NCBI GenBank assembly: GCA_964106645.2
Contig: OZ067040.1
Reading direction: 5' to 3' (one strand)
DNA length: 64,000 nucleotides
Source of the DNA: Podarcis pityusensis
Lineage: Eukaryota
The notes beneath the pieces are model-generated. The model ran no database searches, was not told the origin of the DNA, and saw nothing but the letters and a program-made list of their open reading frames with translations. Position 1 is the stretch's first letter. Each line of letters begins with the position of its first letter. Shown one piece after another: positions 1 through 13,100 of the stretch. The translations under genes and the position numbers were made by a program.

Positions 1-233
1 TGGTAACAAGAAACAGACAAACAGGTATATTGTCACTAATGCTATGGTAACTTTGTGACATGAAAATAGTCAAATTTTCATTTATAAGTTGTGAATATTC
101 ATGTGGATCAGTTGCTCATAAATGTAATTGGACTGCATTATTACATGAATTGGAACAAGTATGAGTTGGCTGTGTTGTGGTAGGTTTGGAATTTGTGCAG
201 AAGGCAATCCCCTTCTTGGCTGATTTTGCATTA

Positions 234-755
234 CAGTGGTACCTTGGTTCTCAAACTTAATCCATTCTGGAAGTCCGTTCCAAAACCAAAGCATTCCAAA
301 ACCAAGGTGCGATTTCCCATAGAAAGTAATGCAGAATGGATTAATCCGTTCCAGACTTTTAAAAACAACCCCTAAAACAGCAATTTAACATGAATGTTAC
401 TATCTAACGAGACCACTGATCCATAAAATGAAAGCAAAAAACAATGTACCCCAGTCACACAATCAATCAATCAGTAGCTGAACTGGGTTCCACACAGTCA
501 CAAAAACAAAACAAAAAAGCACCACAAAAAGGCAAAATAAATAGCAAAAACAGACAGACCTCAGTATAACACTCAAAATGGAAATGTGCAACTCAAATCA
601 GAAGCATGACACTCAAAATGGAAGTGTGGCACTCAAAATGGAGCATGTTCGACTTCCAAAAAAGTTTGCAAACTGGAACATTTACTTCCAGATTTGCAGT
701 GTTTGGGTTCCAAGTTGTTTGAGTACTATGACGTTTGAGAACCAAGGTTCCACTG
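234..755. mobile_element. Tc1/mariner (Tigger/pogo-like) non-autonomous element
   Basis: TIR CAGTGGTACCTTGGTTCTCAAAC / GTTTGAGAACCAAGGTTCCACTG, flanked by TA on both sides. Confidence 0.88.
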
Positions 756-1084
756 TAAAAGACTGAAGGGGAGCTGTGGTGAGCTGTATTGTCAGAAAAG
801 GTAAATGGGCATTTCTATATTTGGAAGTATAAGCATTTTCTTAATGTTTTTTTTTTCTCCCCCACCCCAAGAAGTTAGTCTCAGCAATTTATCCACAGGA
901 TACTTCCTCAGTGTGGGGACAGTACCACATCAGAAGCAAATGTAATTAGCATTTAGTGCTTCAGAGTTAAAAGTAAAAACATGGTATTAATAGTAGTGAA
1001 TGTTGCCACTTGGTAGAATCAGCTTATTGCCTATGATGTGCTGTCAGAAAATGGTTTTTATTAAAATACGATTGAATTTTCTAG

Positions 1085-1171
1085 GAAGATGTGGAAACAG
1101 GAGTTCACCTTGATCCAACTACAAAGGAAGTTCAGTTCAACCCAACCTATGACACAATGTTTGCACCTGAG
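1085..1171 (+). CDS. CDC40: CDC40 exon 2 ([29 protein letters not shown])
   Basis: ttctag acceptor, gtaagc donor, 87 nt. Confidence 0.95.
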
Positions 1172-4100
1172 GTAAGCAAACTAACTTTTGTTAAAAATAT
1201 GAGTAAGTTGGAACAATATTGGCTAACTTTCTTCAAGGAATACCCTGTGAACTATTAAATCATTCCTGTTTAAAAAACAGCCCTTTTAAATTAGGAATAA
1301 TACTAAATTCTACAGGCATTTCTATAAATCTTGATCTGAGGCCAAGCAAACTTGGCTTTCGTTTTGTATATGTATACATCAAAATATGTAATGACATTAT
1401 ATTTAAACTTTTAAATTAAGTACTTGAAATGTGGCATAGGTAGTTTCTTCTCATAATAAAGCCATAATTTGCACACACAAAAGTAAAATTTGCAGGGTAG
1501 TAAATAAAAAAAATTAGAAGTCAGATGTCCTTGTGAACATCTTTTTTAAAGTCATCGTTTTTAAATTTCTATAATGAGGCCACTTAAAGTTGCAAATAGG
1601 TATGTTCATCAGGCAAAAATCATGGAATTGCACACTCAGAGTTCATTTTCATGTTCGGTTGAAATGCTTAGGATATATCATGTTCAGACCGGGGAATATT
1701 AGACGAGTAAAAGAAAACCATGCATTATTCGCTGTTTATAATCTCCTAGCCAGGGGTTATGTTGTTGTTTTCTTTCCCCCCCATTTGTGGAATCACACAG
1801 TTGGTGGGTATACTGCATCTAGCCTGCCTCCCCCCCCCCTCTCTCTCTGATGAATTGTCATATCTGTATACACGAGCGTGCAAGTTATTTCTACTAAATG
1901 CTCAGACAATTCATATGTTTCATGATTTGTCAGATAGGAGGGTCACTTGTACCTCTCTGTATCCCAAAGTATCATGTATTCAAATCATGGGTACACTAAT
2001 CTGGCACCATGTAAGATCTGTGCTTTATTATTTTTGCATGTTGTTTGTTTTTCTGAGTTTGCACAGTTTCAAAAATATACTGTATTTTTCACCCTATAGG
2101 ACGCACTTTTTCCCCTCCAAAAATGAAGGGGAAATGTGTGTGCGTCCTATGGGCCGAATGCAGGCTTTCGCTGAAGCTTGGAGAGCGAGAGGGGTCACCT
2201 CTCGCTCTCCAGGCTTCAGGAAGCTATCCGCAAGCCCTGGGAGCCCGGTGGGAGTTCCCGCCGGGCTCCCTAGGCTTGCAGAGAGCTGCCTGTTCTGGGG
2301 GCTGGGGTCGGGGGAAAAAATTTTTCCCCCTTTATTCCCCCCCCCCAAAAAAACTAGGTGCGCCCTATAGGGCGAAAAATACAGTAATCTGGATCTACCC
2401 TTATCCACATTAGCAGTATTTATCATAGCTGCAGCTGAGAATGCAGAAAGCATTGTAGTAAGTTACCCTTTTAAGAAATCTTCACAAATGTTAAAAAGAA
2501 ATACGCTTTAAATGAGTGTGCATAATAAAATCTACTCCAGTACAGTGGGGGGGGGAGGTTGGAAAATAATATTTACTATATAAAAGCTGTCAAATAAATG
2601 GAGTATAAAAACAATTTAATCTTGAAATCAAATATTCCTCATGGAAAAACACCTCTGGGGAAATGCAACCAGTATAAAAATACAATATAGTTAGTTTTAA
2701 TACATGCAGCTGTCAAAATCTTGAAATTGTTGCTGTCCAAAGCTGTAAGTTATTTGTGTAAGCTTGAGGCAGTTTTCCTAGGTTTAGCCAATCAGTAAGT
2801 GTAGTTTCCATTCCCCATGGAAAAGCTCATCTGAAGCAAGGATGTTAATATGTACACTAATTTTCTGTTTATTTATTATTTTATAAAACTTAGTCACAGT
2901 TTAGGTTTAAATACTGATTATGAAGTTTCAACCTGTATTAAAAGCATGAGAGTGTATGGGAATGCTTCAATAAATAGAAATGGGTTTGCTCCTCTTAACC
3001 CTTGAGAAATAGCAAACAATGCATGGAAGGAATCTGATTAGATTTAGCAAATGTGGCGCAACATTACTTTTCTGATGGCTGTGGACTTATTCATTATTTT
3101 AGGTTCTCTGTGGGTTATACTACACTTTACAGTAGCTGGTTTATGGGGTGCCAGCAGTTGGACAGGTCAGGCATTGTCCAAGGATCCCAGGGGCTCCAAA
3201 TGGCTCTCACCTGGCCAGCCTGCTGGACCACACTCCCCACCTAGCCCCCAGAGCCATTTCAGCGATAACAGGCAGCGCTGCCAAGCTCAATTCCCATCCA
3301 TGGTGCCCACTTGCTCTGTTTAATTACGGAAAACGTGCTAGCCACTCATTTGTTTTGCTGGTCAACTTGTACGCAAAGGCTTTAAAACAGAAAGCTAGTA
3401 GGATGGATCACAGTGGATGTTGTCATCAGGACAGCCTTCTCCAACCTAGTGTCTTCCACGTGTTTTGGATTACAACTCCCATCATGCATGACCATTGACC
3501 ATGCTGCCTGAGGCTGATGGGAGTTGTAGTCCAGCAACATTTGGAGGTCATCAGGTTGGGGAAGACTGGATTAGACTAGAGTTGTTGAGCCCTGGGTTAA
3601 AAAGCCCAGCTAGTTGTGCATCTCACTGAGTGACCTTGGGCCAGCCAGTCACTACATCTCATGTTTGTTAAGGATAAAATGGGCAGGAAGAGAATCACTT
3701 TTATTCCCCTAAGAGCCTTAGAAGAAGAGCAGGATGAAAATGTTACAAATGCATGGATACACATATGTAAGTAAAGAGTTGCGTGTGAAATGGCCTTTAT
3801 TTTTAATGCAGTTTGGGCCGGTGAATCCATTTAGGACTCAGCAGATGGCTGCACCTAGGAATATGCTTTCTGGATATACAGAACCAGCACACATTAATGA
3901 TTTCATGTTTGAACAACAGAGAAGAACATTTGCAACCTATGGTAAGGTGTATTTTTAGATAATCCTCTTGTGATCTTGAATCTGCTACATTTGTCTGTGG
4001 TTGACATGGTCTGATAGAGTTCAAAGGTTTTAAATATACTCTTATTAGTTCTAAATGTTAGCTAGTTCAGATAATTAGAAAAGGGATCCGATTAGGAGTG

Positions 4101-7100
4101 TAATATCGACATGATATGTCCTATACAAGGCCATTGATCTTTGTGCATGGGTCAGTACACAGTCAATAGCCGCTTGAGGTCCTTGTATCCAGTTTGGAGA
4201 CCTAGAGGTAGCATATGCCGTATCCCTGTTTCCACCAGAATTGTCAGAAACTACAAAGCATGCAGCTTTCAGTTAGCCAGGTAGCTTTAACGTCTCAGTC
4301 ACTCTTTTATTTGCTAATGTTCTTCCCCCCCCCATCTAAATTTTAATTGCGTGAACTCTGAGGTGGGAGTTCATTATTTAGCATACAACACAGGCAGAAA
4401 TGTACTTGAGTCTATAAGATAGCTGAAGCTTCTTTTAATTACTATGTGCTAAATGTATGTTAAAGTATGCCACAACTACTTATTTGTATTTATATTTGCT
4501 ATATTATAATTTGGATTTCTTTATTTGTATTTGTGGGCTAGGGGGTGGTTTAAGGGCTTTCGCTGGGGAGTGTATTTTTTATTAGCTTGTATACATTAGT
4601 ATTGTTAATTGTTTTAATTTTTATTCTGTATTTTGTGAACCACCCTGAGACCTACAAGTATAGGGCAGTATCCAGAATTTAAATAATAGTAATAGTAATA
4701 ATTTCTACCTTCTAATGTAAGTTGAGAGCACTGTTGAGATTGAACTGCACTTGCTCCAACATATGCATCATAGTGAGATAAGTGTTTTGGTTATTATGTA
4801 TTTTCCTAAAATAACTAAATAAGTACAGAGCATACTATATCTGCAAGACATGCCTCCAAACTCTTGTCTCTTCAGAAGCTGCTTTGATTCCTAGAACCAT
4901 TAATGCAGTCCCTTTTCATGCTGGTTCCCCTGGAAACTGCTAGGTTATCCAGGAGTTATGGTTACCCGATCTGTTCCAATTGTGAAATGCTGCTAGAGAA
5001 AGTGGAGCAGTGCTGTTGTTAATTCAAGTGGTAGTTAATATCATGAAGAGTATTGTATATTTTCTGAATTTTGTGTGCTATGATTTCGATCCTGACATCC
5101 ACTAGCAGCTTCTTTGAAAAATGAAGCCTACTTGTAAGAGTAACTTGAAGGAAATGTCAACTAGTGAATGGTATTTCACTATTCAATAGCCTTTGAGATT
5201 ATTTTGTAGATGTCCTCTGTAGGAGGATCAGTGAATAGGAATTTCACAACAATAGTGGTAGTGAACACAAGGGCAGCAATTCTGAGAAGTACATCTAAAC
5301 ATTGTGCAAAAAGATTGAAGTCTAAAAAGATTCCCCGTGTCCATTCCACAAGCCTCGTGTTGCTGCTTTAAGCAATCCTATATGTCAGACAGTCAATTGA
5401 TTGTGGCAAGTAGAGGGAGGAAGCATCTTCAAGAAACCAAAAAAATGGCTACATAGAAAAAGGAAGACCCTGTCCTTTGTTCTTTAGAGAATACTCATTG
5501 ATGGGGCACATGCTTGCATGCAGAATGTCCCAGGTACAGTTCCCAGCATTTCTAGATAGGGCGAGGAAAGTCATTTGTCTGAAACCCTGAAGAACCACAG
5601 CTAGTTAGCGTAGCTAATATTGAGCTCAATAGACAGACTTATTTCTTTATTTCAACAATTTATATGCGGACTAATTACAATAATCTCTAAGTAGTATACA
5701 GGTGATTTAGCACAGTATAATGAAGATAAAAATCAGTTAAAACTATAAAATCAGAACAGTTAAAATGTCTGCTGAAATAATAACAATAAAAGTCTTCAGT
5801 AGCTGCTGGGCATCCAACCAGGAGGGACCTGTGCAATCTCAGCTGGAAGAATTGAGTCCATAACAGCTTCTGGTGGATCCAGGCTGTGCATCTGAGCCAT
5901 GAGGATCTGCTGATAGTGACTCCCCAAAGAACTCCGTGATAAGGAACGGATATAATGAATCTGGTGGTCCTTAGGGTATCCTGGACCCAAGCTGTTAAGG
6001 GCTTGGTAAATTGATACCAGAACCTTGAACCCAGCCTATGGGCAGCCAGTATATTGGCAGCCAGGGAAAGCTTTTAAGCACCAGAGTGGAAGCAATTGTC
6101 TGTCCCTATCAGTAGTCTAGCCACAGCTTTCTGCACCAGCTGGAGCCTCTGGTCCTGACTCAAACGTAGCCTTAGTCTTGGTATAAGGCAGCCTCCGATG
6201 TTCTGAGAGCAATTTCCCATTTTAATTGAGATTTTTCAAATAAACAAAAATTACATAACAACAAACAAGACACATAAGAGGGCAACCATTTCTGAGCAGC
6301 ATCAGCTTTACAAATAATCCCAAAGCCATTGGAATCTGCTAATCACTAATGCCTATTCCAATATGATGTCTGAAAATGGTTGTAAATAAAAGTAGAGAGA
6401 ATGGATAGCAATCTATGGATAATTTTTTTATCTCCCATCCGCATATACTGTTTTGGAGAGCTCTCCAAAGATAGCCCTTAATGCACCATTGCAATGTCTA
6501 TATATATGGGGATATGTGCATGTTGCCTTGGAATTAAATGTTGGTGTGGTTTCAGTGTACTTTATAAGAAGAAAAATACTTTGCTTTTCTATTGCATCCA
6601 TGACATGGTGAGCGATTTCTCTCTGTAAAACCACAATAAAGTAATTTTCTAAATACCAGGGTGCAGAGAAGGACATATTGTCTGTCTCCAAGAATGCAAG
6701 CTTCTTTGCACAGGAATGCACTTCATGCCTAAAATGTTGCTAGCATAAGACAAAGGCACCATTGTTCAGTTACATCAGGCTAATAAAATACGCTAGGATG
6801 TTGGCAGTAGGAACTAATAAATCTAATTCATCCAGATACTAGGCTGTCTTCCAGGCTCATCTTAGTGCTCCACCATCACAGTGCTGGTAGCTGGTCATAG
6901 TCCTTACGCTAACATTAGGCACTAGAATTTATTTTCAGAGAAGCAAAAAAAGAACAAAGCCTCAATTTTGCCCCAACTCTTGCATTTTGTCTTTAAGTAG
7001 GTACATTATGTTTCAACCTAGAAAGAGCATTATAGTATGTTTGACATTATTCACTCATTCAGAACTTATTCTTCACCAGCTAAAATATGGTTATACCCAT

Positions 7101-10100
7101 TATGCTTTGTCAAGGCCGTTGAAGTCCTTCGCTTTTAGGAAGGTAGCCAGTCATTCCATTCAAGATCTTTGCTGTCAGGTTGCAGAGGAGCATTTTATTT
7201 TCAGGGGATATATGGAAGGAGAGCGATATCTGGGAATCAGAAGGGAGAGTATTGTTCTTTTTCCATACTCTGACCAGTAATAAAACATTTCTCTACTATC
7301 CATAAGCAAGATTCTACCTGCTGCATTATTGAAGCAAGTTTCATGCTGCCAGTGGATTATTCTACCCTGAGCTTGACCTTTGTGTGAATAGACAAACTCT
7401 GTGGTTTCATTTGGAAGGGAGCCATTCAGCTGCCTTTTGTCGGCATGCATGCTGGCCAGTGGCACTGCGGATAATTCCATCTTGCAGTGATAGCATTTAT
7501 AGACCGGATGTCACTGAAACAAATAGTATTTATTAGCAGCCACATGCTTGTGTTGACCACATCACTTTCATTGTGTTTTATGTCAAATAGGAAGGAAGGA
7601 AAGGATCCTTCTTGGTCAATCTTGTGTTTTTGGACTGTGCTTTTAGACAACTTGCCATTTGCTTGTAACCTCCCAAAGGCAATTTAATGCTTGTGTCCTT
7701 ACCACGGCTGAGTCAGTTCTGTTGCCACAGAGAAGGTAGGGAAGAGAAGGCAGCGCAGTCTCACAAATGTCTCCTTCTTTTTAAAGACTAAAACCATACA
7801 GTGTTCATGTTTCATTTTATTCTCAGTGACTGGGGAAGGTGAACCGCATGTGGGCCTGTTTATTTGTAATTGGGTTGGGGGGAGTTAAGTCAAAGGTTCT
7901 ATGCAGAGACCAGTTACATAAAAAGAGGTCTGTTTTTAAAACAGCAGGTTTCCCCTTACAGCTGCATTTGGAAGTCTCTGTCAGAAAAAAAAAGATAGGA
8001 ATCTCTTTCACATTCTCAGCATAAAGTAGGAGTTGTTCAAAGTCCTTTTCATAAGGAAAAGATGCTGAATGAAATGCAGGCAGGCTATAGAGAACACAGC
8101 TCCCGCTGAAGATTAAATCTCACCCAGTGGCTCCATTCACGATCACTCGGTTTGAGGGAGCAAACAAATAGTCCCAGAAATGGCATCAATACAGTGAGAG
8201 GACAAATAAGCTGCTGTATTGATTTTGACATACATCCAAATTGGCATTTCTGCCTTAAATAAGAACTGTGAAGTTGAGTCTAACTGAGAAATTGGCTCAT
8301 TGGCCCCACGCAAAGACCTCACTCAGCATAAAACTGGGTTCTATAATGCTTGGCTTATTTATGTGGAATTCTCATCAGAATAGTAAAATCCAGACAATTT
8401 TCATTTACAATGGTCATCCTTGCAAATTGTTCATGAAATCCCACCTCACCAGCTAGGTTCTGGCAATTGACCAGACTCTGGGTTGGATTGGAGAGTTGCT
8501 ACTTTCATTTGGCAAGCAGATTGCACTCTAAAACTATTATTCAGTGTAGGTTTGTTAAGCTGGAAACTTTACTATGTTTATTCAGTTAATTATATTTGTA
8601 TGCTGCCTTTTGATAGGGTCATTAAGGTTGTTAATATCTGCCACTTTGAGTCATGGTACTGTAAGCTCAGGGTGTGCAAATCTCTGTTCTTATGAACAAG
8701 TTAACATTGTATTTCATTGGTTGTAGCAGATTCAAGAACAGTCTGCTACGTTCAGCTTTGATAAACAGACTGAGAATTTTGTTTAAACAGTTCATTCTTT
8801 GCTGAAAGCAAAGTGATCCCGTCTTCTATAGCAGATGATCCATGACTAGTAGCTGTCATATTAATATACTGGCACCTAGTAATAGATACTTTTGGTTGAG
8901 GCCTGCCACATCACCCAAGTTATTATTGGCCTACTTTCTGTCTTTTTCTGAATTAAGATAGTATTGACTATAAACGATGAAGCTATTCTCATGTATCCAC
9001 CATGTGAAAGGGTTGCTAGCATGGCAGGCACAGGGGCACGTGTCCCTACAGAGGCCTTCTCTGGCATCCAGAAGGTCCCCTTCCCTTGGTGAAATCAGGT
9101 TTGAAAGAAGCACACTTTTGTATTCTGGGTTCAAACAACATGCTAAGCTGAATGATGACTTAGTTCAGTGCAACAGCAAAATGGCCAGGGAGGAGCAAAG
9201 CGGTCACAATTGCCTCTCCAGAAAGCTGCATGTCTGTTCCTTTGTGCTAAGCTGTGCTTTGGCTTCACTATGATGGATGTGTCCTCAGGGTAAAGGTCTT
9301 CTGAGAGTTGGTGGCTGAAATTGGAGCTCTGCCAATAAAAATATTCCACAAGAGGTGAATCTTAAAATGTTATGGTTTTGTCCTTCCACAGGATATGCTT
9401 TGGATCCCTCAATAGATAATTATGAAGTTCCTACTAAATATATTGGTTCTGTTGAAGAAGCTGAAAAGAATCAAGGTAAAGAATATTTGTTATAGCGTTG
9501 CCTAATTACAAAGTTCAATCAGTTGTGTGTGTGTGTGCATTAACAAAATGTTTAAAATAAATTGTTATTAATGGATGAAATAGTAGTTTACTTAAGTAGG
9601 GAGGTGCTTTTAAGTGACTGATATTGGACATACAAAGGGACTGCTTCTGGAACATAGCAGAAGTCAGGCATAGTGTGTAAAGAACTTTGTGTATCTCAAC
9701 TTCTTGACAAAATGCTAACAAGATTTGCATCTTATATGTTTCTTCATTGGAGAGTGCAGAAGGCGGCAATAGGTCAGTTGCCGATGAAGGCACAACTCTC
9801 TAGAAAGGCTAATAAAATATAGCGTATCGAGAGCTGATTGGTTTATCATCTTGTGATTTTACAGCTGCCATTCACTTTGCATGCAGTGCTTGTTTCTTGT
9901 TTGACAGATCATTTGAAGATGCATGTCCAAGGCCAACAATTGCACACAAAAGCCTCAATTTACCCTAATCTAGTACATTCTTTCTTTTCTGACAACACTG
10001 AAATGATTCAAGTGGAATGTGGAAGAATACATTGTCGTTCTTAAAGTGAACCTAGACTTAAAATTCTGCTACTGCCTACAGGTCTGACTGTGTTTGAAAC

Positions 10101-13100
10101 AGGACAAAAGAAAACGGAGAAACGGAAGAAATTCAAAGAGAATGATGCATCTAACATTGATGGCTTCTTGGGACCGTGGGCAAAATATGTTGATGAAAAG
10201 GATGTTGCAAAACCTTCAGAAGTGAGCACCCCTTGTTTATTCTTCGAAGTAGAATAGTAGTGGTGATGCTTAGTCTGGGATCCCATGTGTGGTCATAGGG
10301 GAGTTCCTCACACCTTGCAGCAGGGTGCCTGGCTTTCCCTTCCAGCTCCATCTGCTTTTATTGCATTGAATGCTACCCTGAGAGTCCCCTGAGCTTCTGG
10401 TAACTCTGAGGATGGGACACGCAGGGCTGAAGTGGGAGGGGTCTTGAAAAGTTCCCGTTGTCAGAATCAGTGTAGGTTTATTTGGGCAATCTTTCTGAAG
10501 GCACAGCAAGTGACAGGAGATGCCAGGGCTGCACACCAGTGGTGGGTGGGAGCTGGAGCCAATAGTGGGCCCAAAGCAAGAAGTGGCCAGTGCAGAGTTA
10601 ACTGTGTCTACCCACCATGTTGGGCTGAATTCTTTTATATTGTACATGTGCATCTCTGCTGTTCCTTCTTGGCCATTTGTGTGCTTTCTATTGCTCCCTT
10701 CCATTCAGAAACTGCTTCTTCTTGAAGCAGCAGCAAGGTTGATCCATTGGGTGCTTGTCCCCCTAGCAACATTTGCCCCCTTCTCTCCCTGTCTCAATAT
10801 TGGGTGCCTTTCTCGGGAGGCTTTCGTTCTGTGTCAGGATTTTCCTTCTGCCTGACTTAGTTCTTAACGAGAGGAATCTGACACTGCCATAAAGGGAAAC
10901 TATTAGGCATGGTGATCAGAGTGATTTCTGCGTGAAGGTATGGTACATGCCACTGTGTCCAGTCCCAGATATAGTAAAACATTGGATTTGTCCATTGATT
11001 TTTGTAGGCATTTATCACTTTCATCTCAGTGGTGCTACTTAAAATTAACATCTTGCTGTAAGCCAATACAGCAACTTTGGAGTTGTGTATGGCTGTTGCT
11101 GTTTGACTATATAAGCAATGAATTGAATCAGAATTGGGAAACATGTTTAGAATTTATTTTGTGAAAACTTGTTTCTAAACTGAATAGTTTACTGACCTTT
11201 TGTTTAACATGCTTTTTCGACCTTTCCCCCCCTAAATAGCATTAAAATTGGAAACTTTAAGTGAATTCAGTGAAAATATTCTAGATTTTGTTGTAAAAAC
11301 AAGACTGGTAATTTTTAATGTTTGGGCTACTTAGGAAGAACAGAGGGAACTGGATGAAATAACAGCAAAGAGACAAAAGAAAGGCAAACATGAAGATGAT
11401 AAGCCTGGAGAAGAAAAGACTATTTTGCATGGTAAGTGCTTTCTTTAGCAGCTGATTTGCATTTCCTGCATCTACTTTCAAACACTTGTTTATCAGGAAT
11501 AATGTATGTTGTCATTTATTTGCTATGTTAGTTCTTCTTGCAGCGTACCATGTAGGAAGAAACGATCTCTAAAAGAAAACATGGTGCCAGAGACACAAGG
11601 GGGATTTCAGTAAGGAAGAAACTTAGAAACAGCCTGGTTTTGTTGTTTCTGGTAACACCGGAAAGAATTTCAAGATGTGGTTAAATTTAGCTTGTGGGCA
11701 GATTGTATTATTGGGAACACTGTGGAAATGTCATTTGCTTGTATATTCATCTCAAATGTCAGCTCCTTGTATTTTAATTTGGCAGCCTCCTTTTCTTGGC
11801 TGTCATTTGTACCACATCAAACTTAATCGTTTGAATCTTTACTTTTGTCAACTTTTAGATCATTACATATTGATCTTGCCTCATTTTTGACAATATAGGA
11901 ATGTAGGCTTCATTGTTGACTATAAAGGCTTGAAATTGTCATTTTTTATTTTGCTGCTGATGTGGAAGCAATTCATAGGATTATGGAGAAAAGTCTTTTT
12001 TGTTCCCCACTTCTACATAATGCATTTTCTTAACCTAATGTTTTGCTCCTCTCTTTGTCACATCTCTCCTGAGATTCACACATGTGGCAGGACTTCATTC
12101 ACATCTCCTTTTTTATAGAACCCTCTTGCCCATCACCACAAATGCAATGATAATTTGCAAGTTAACTTTGAAATTTGAAGTTACATGCAGTGTTTTAATG
12201 TACATTTCACTGCTTGGTGCCTTCGTCAAAGATTGCAAGGGGTGTGCAGAAATTGCAAACAGGATTTCTGAATTGTTTCTCATTGGATTTTCATAAACCA
12301 ATAAAAAAACCCCTAACATTGCAGATAAATCATTTTTGATGTTTCTTGATACAGAGCTGGGTATTTTAAACATAAATATTATACAGCGTTGGGTATAGCA
12401 TTTTAGCCTATGGAGATTTAAATTGTTACCTAAGAGGCATGAAAAAGCCAGCTAGAATAAAGTATTTAAGATCATGAATGTGTGTATCTGGTCAGGAGAA
12501 GTTAGTTTTTGAGCCGTGTAGTTAGTAGATTATTCATTTTAATCACCGTTGTGTCCTAAAACTGATTTCATCCATGTCATATTTGAGGGAGACTGTAAAT
12601 CTGCATGTTCTAATTTTGTTTTGTTTATTTTGCAGTCAAAGACATGTATGACTATCAAGGGAGATCCTATCTTCATGTTCCTCAGGATGTTGGGGTTAAC
12701 CTACGTTCAACAGTACCCCCTGAGAAATGCTACCTTCCTAAGAAACAGATCCATGTATGGTCTGGTCATACAAAGGTAAGAGACAATTAAAATATTAAGT
12801 TTTCTTGGTTTCATAATTATGGGCCCAGCATCATTTTTTTTTTCAATTTCAAAAATTGCCCTTGCACAAACATATTTCATGTGCCAGCTTGTATTCATTC
12901 AGTACTTGGCGATCCTATATAGGTGGAGACACTTGTGGGTAGATTCAGCTGCCCAGTTCTCTTAGCAGAAGCCAGCACAAGGACTACTAGCACAGCTGAA
13001 CTTCCCCCCTCTGCCACCTCCAAATCCTCTCTGGTGGGTAGGGAGAACAACCAGAATATGGGGTGAGAAGGAGAAATAGGAGGTCGAATGTCCAAAGTCT

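Noticed and set aside
1759-2453. 203-aa and 119-aa ORFs
   Set aside because: They run through a GC-rich palindromic MITE and have no recognisable domain or transposase motif.
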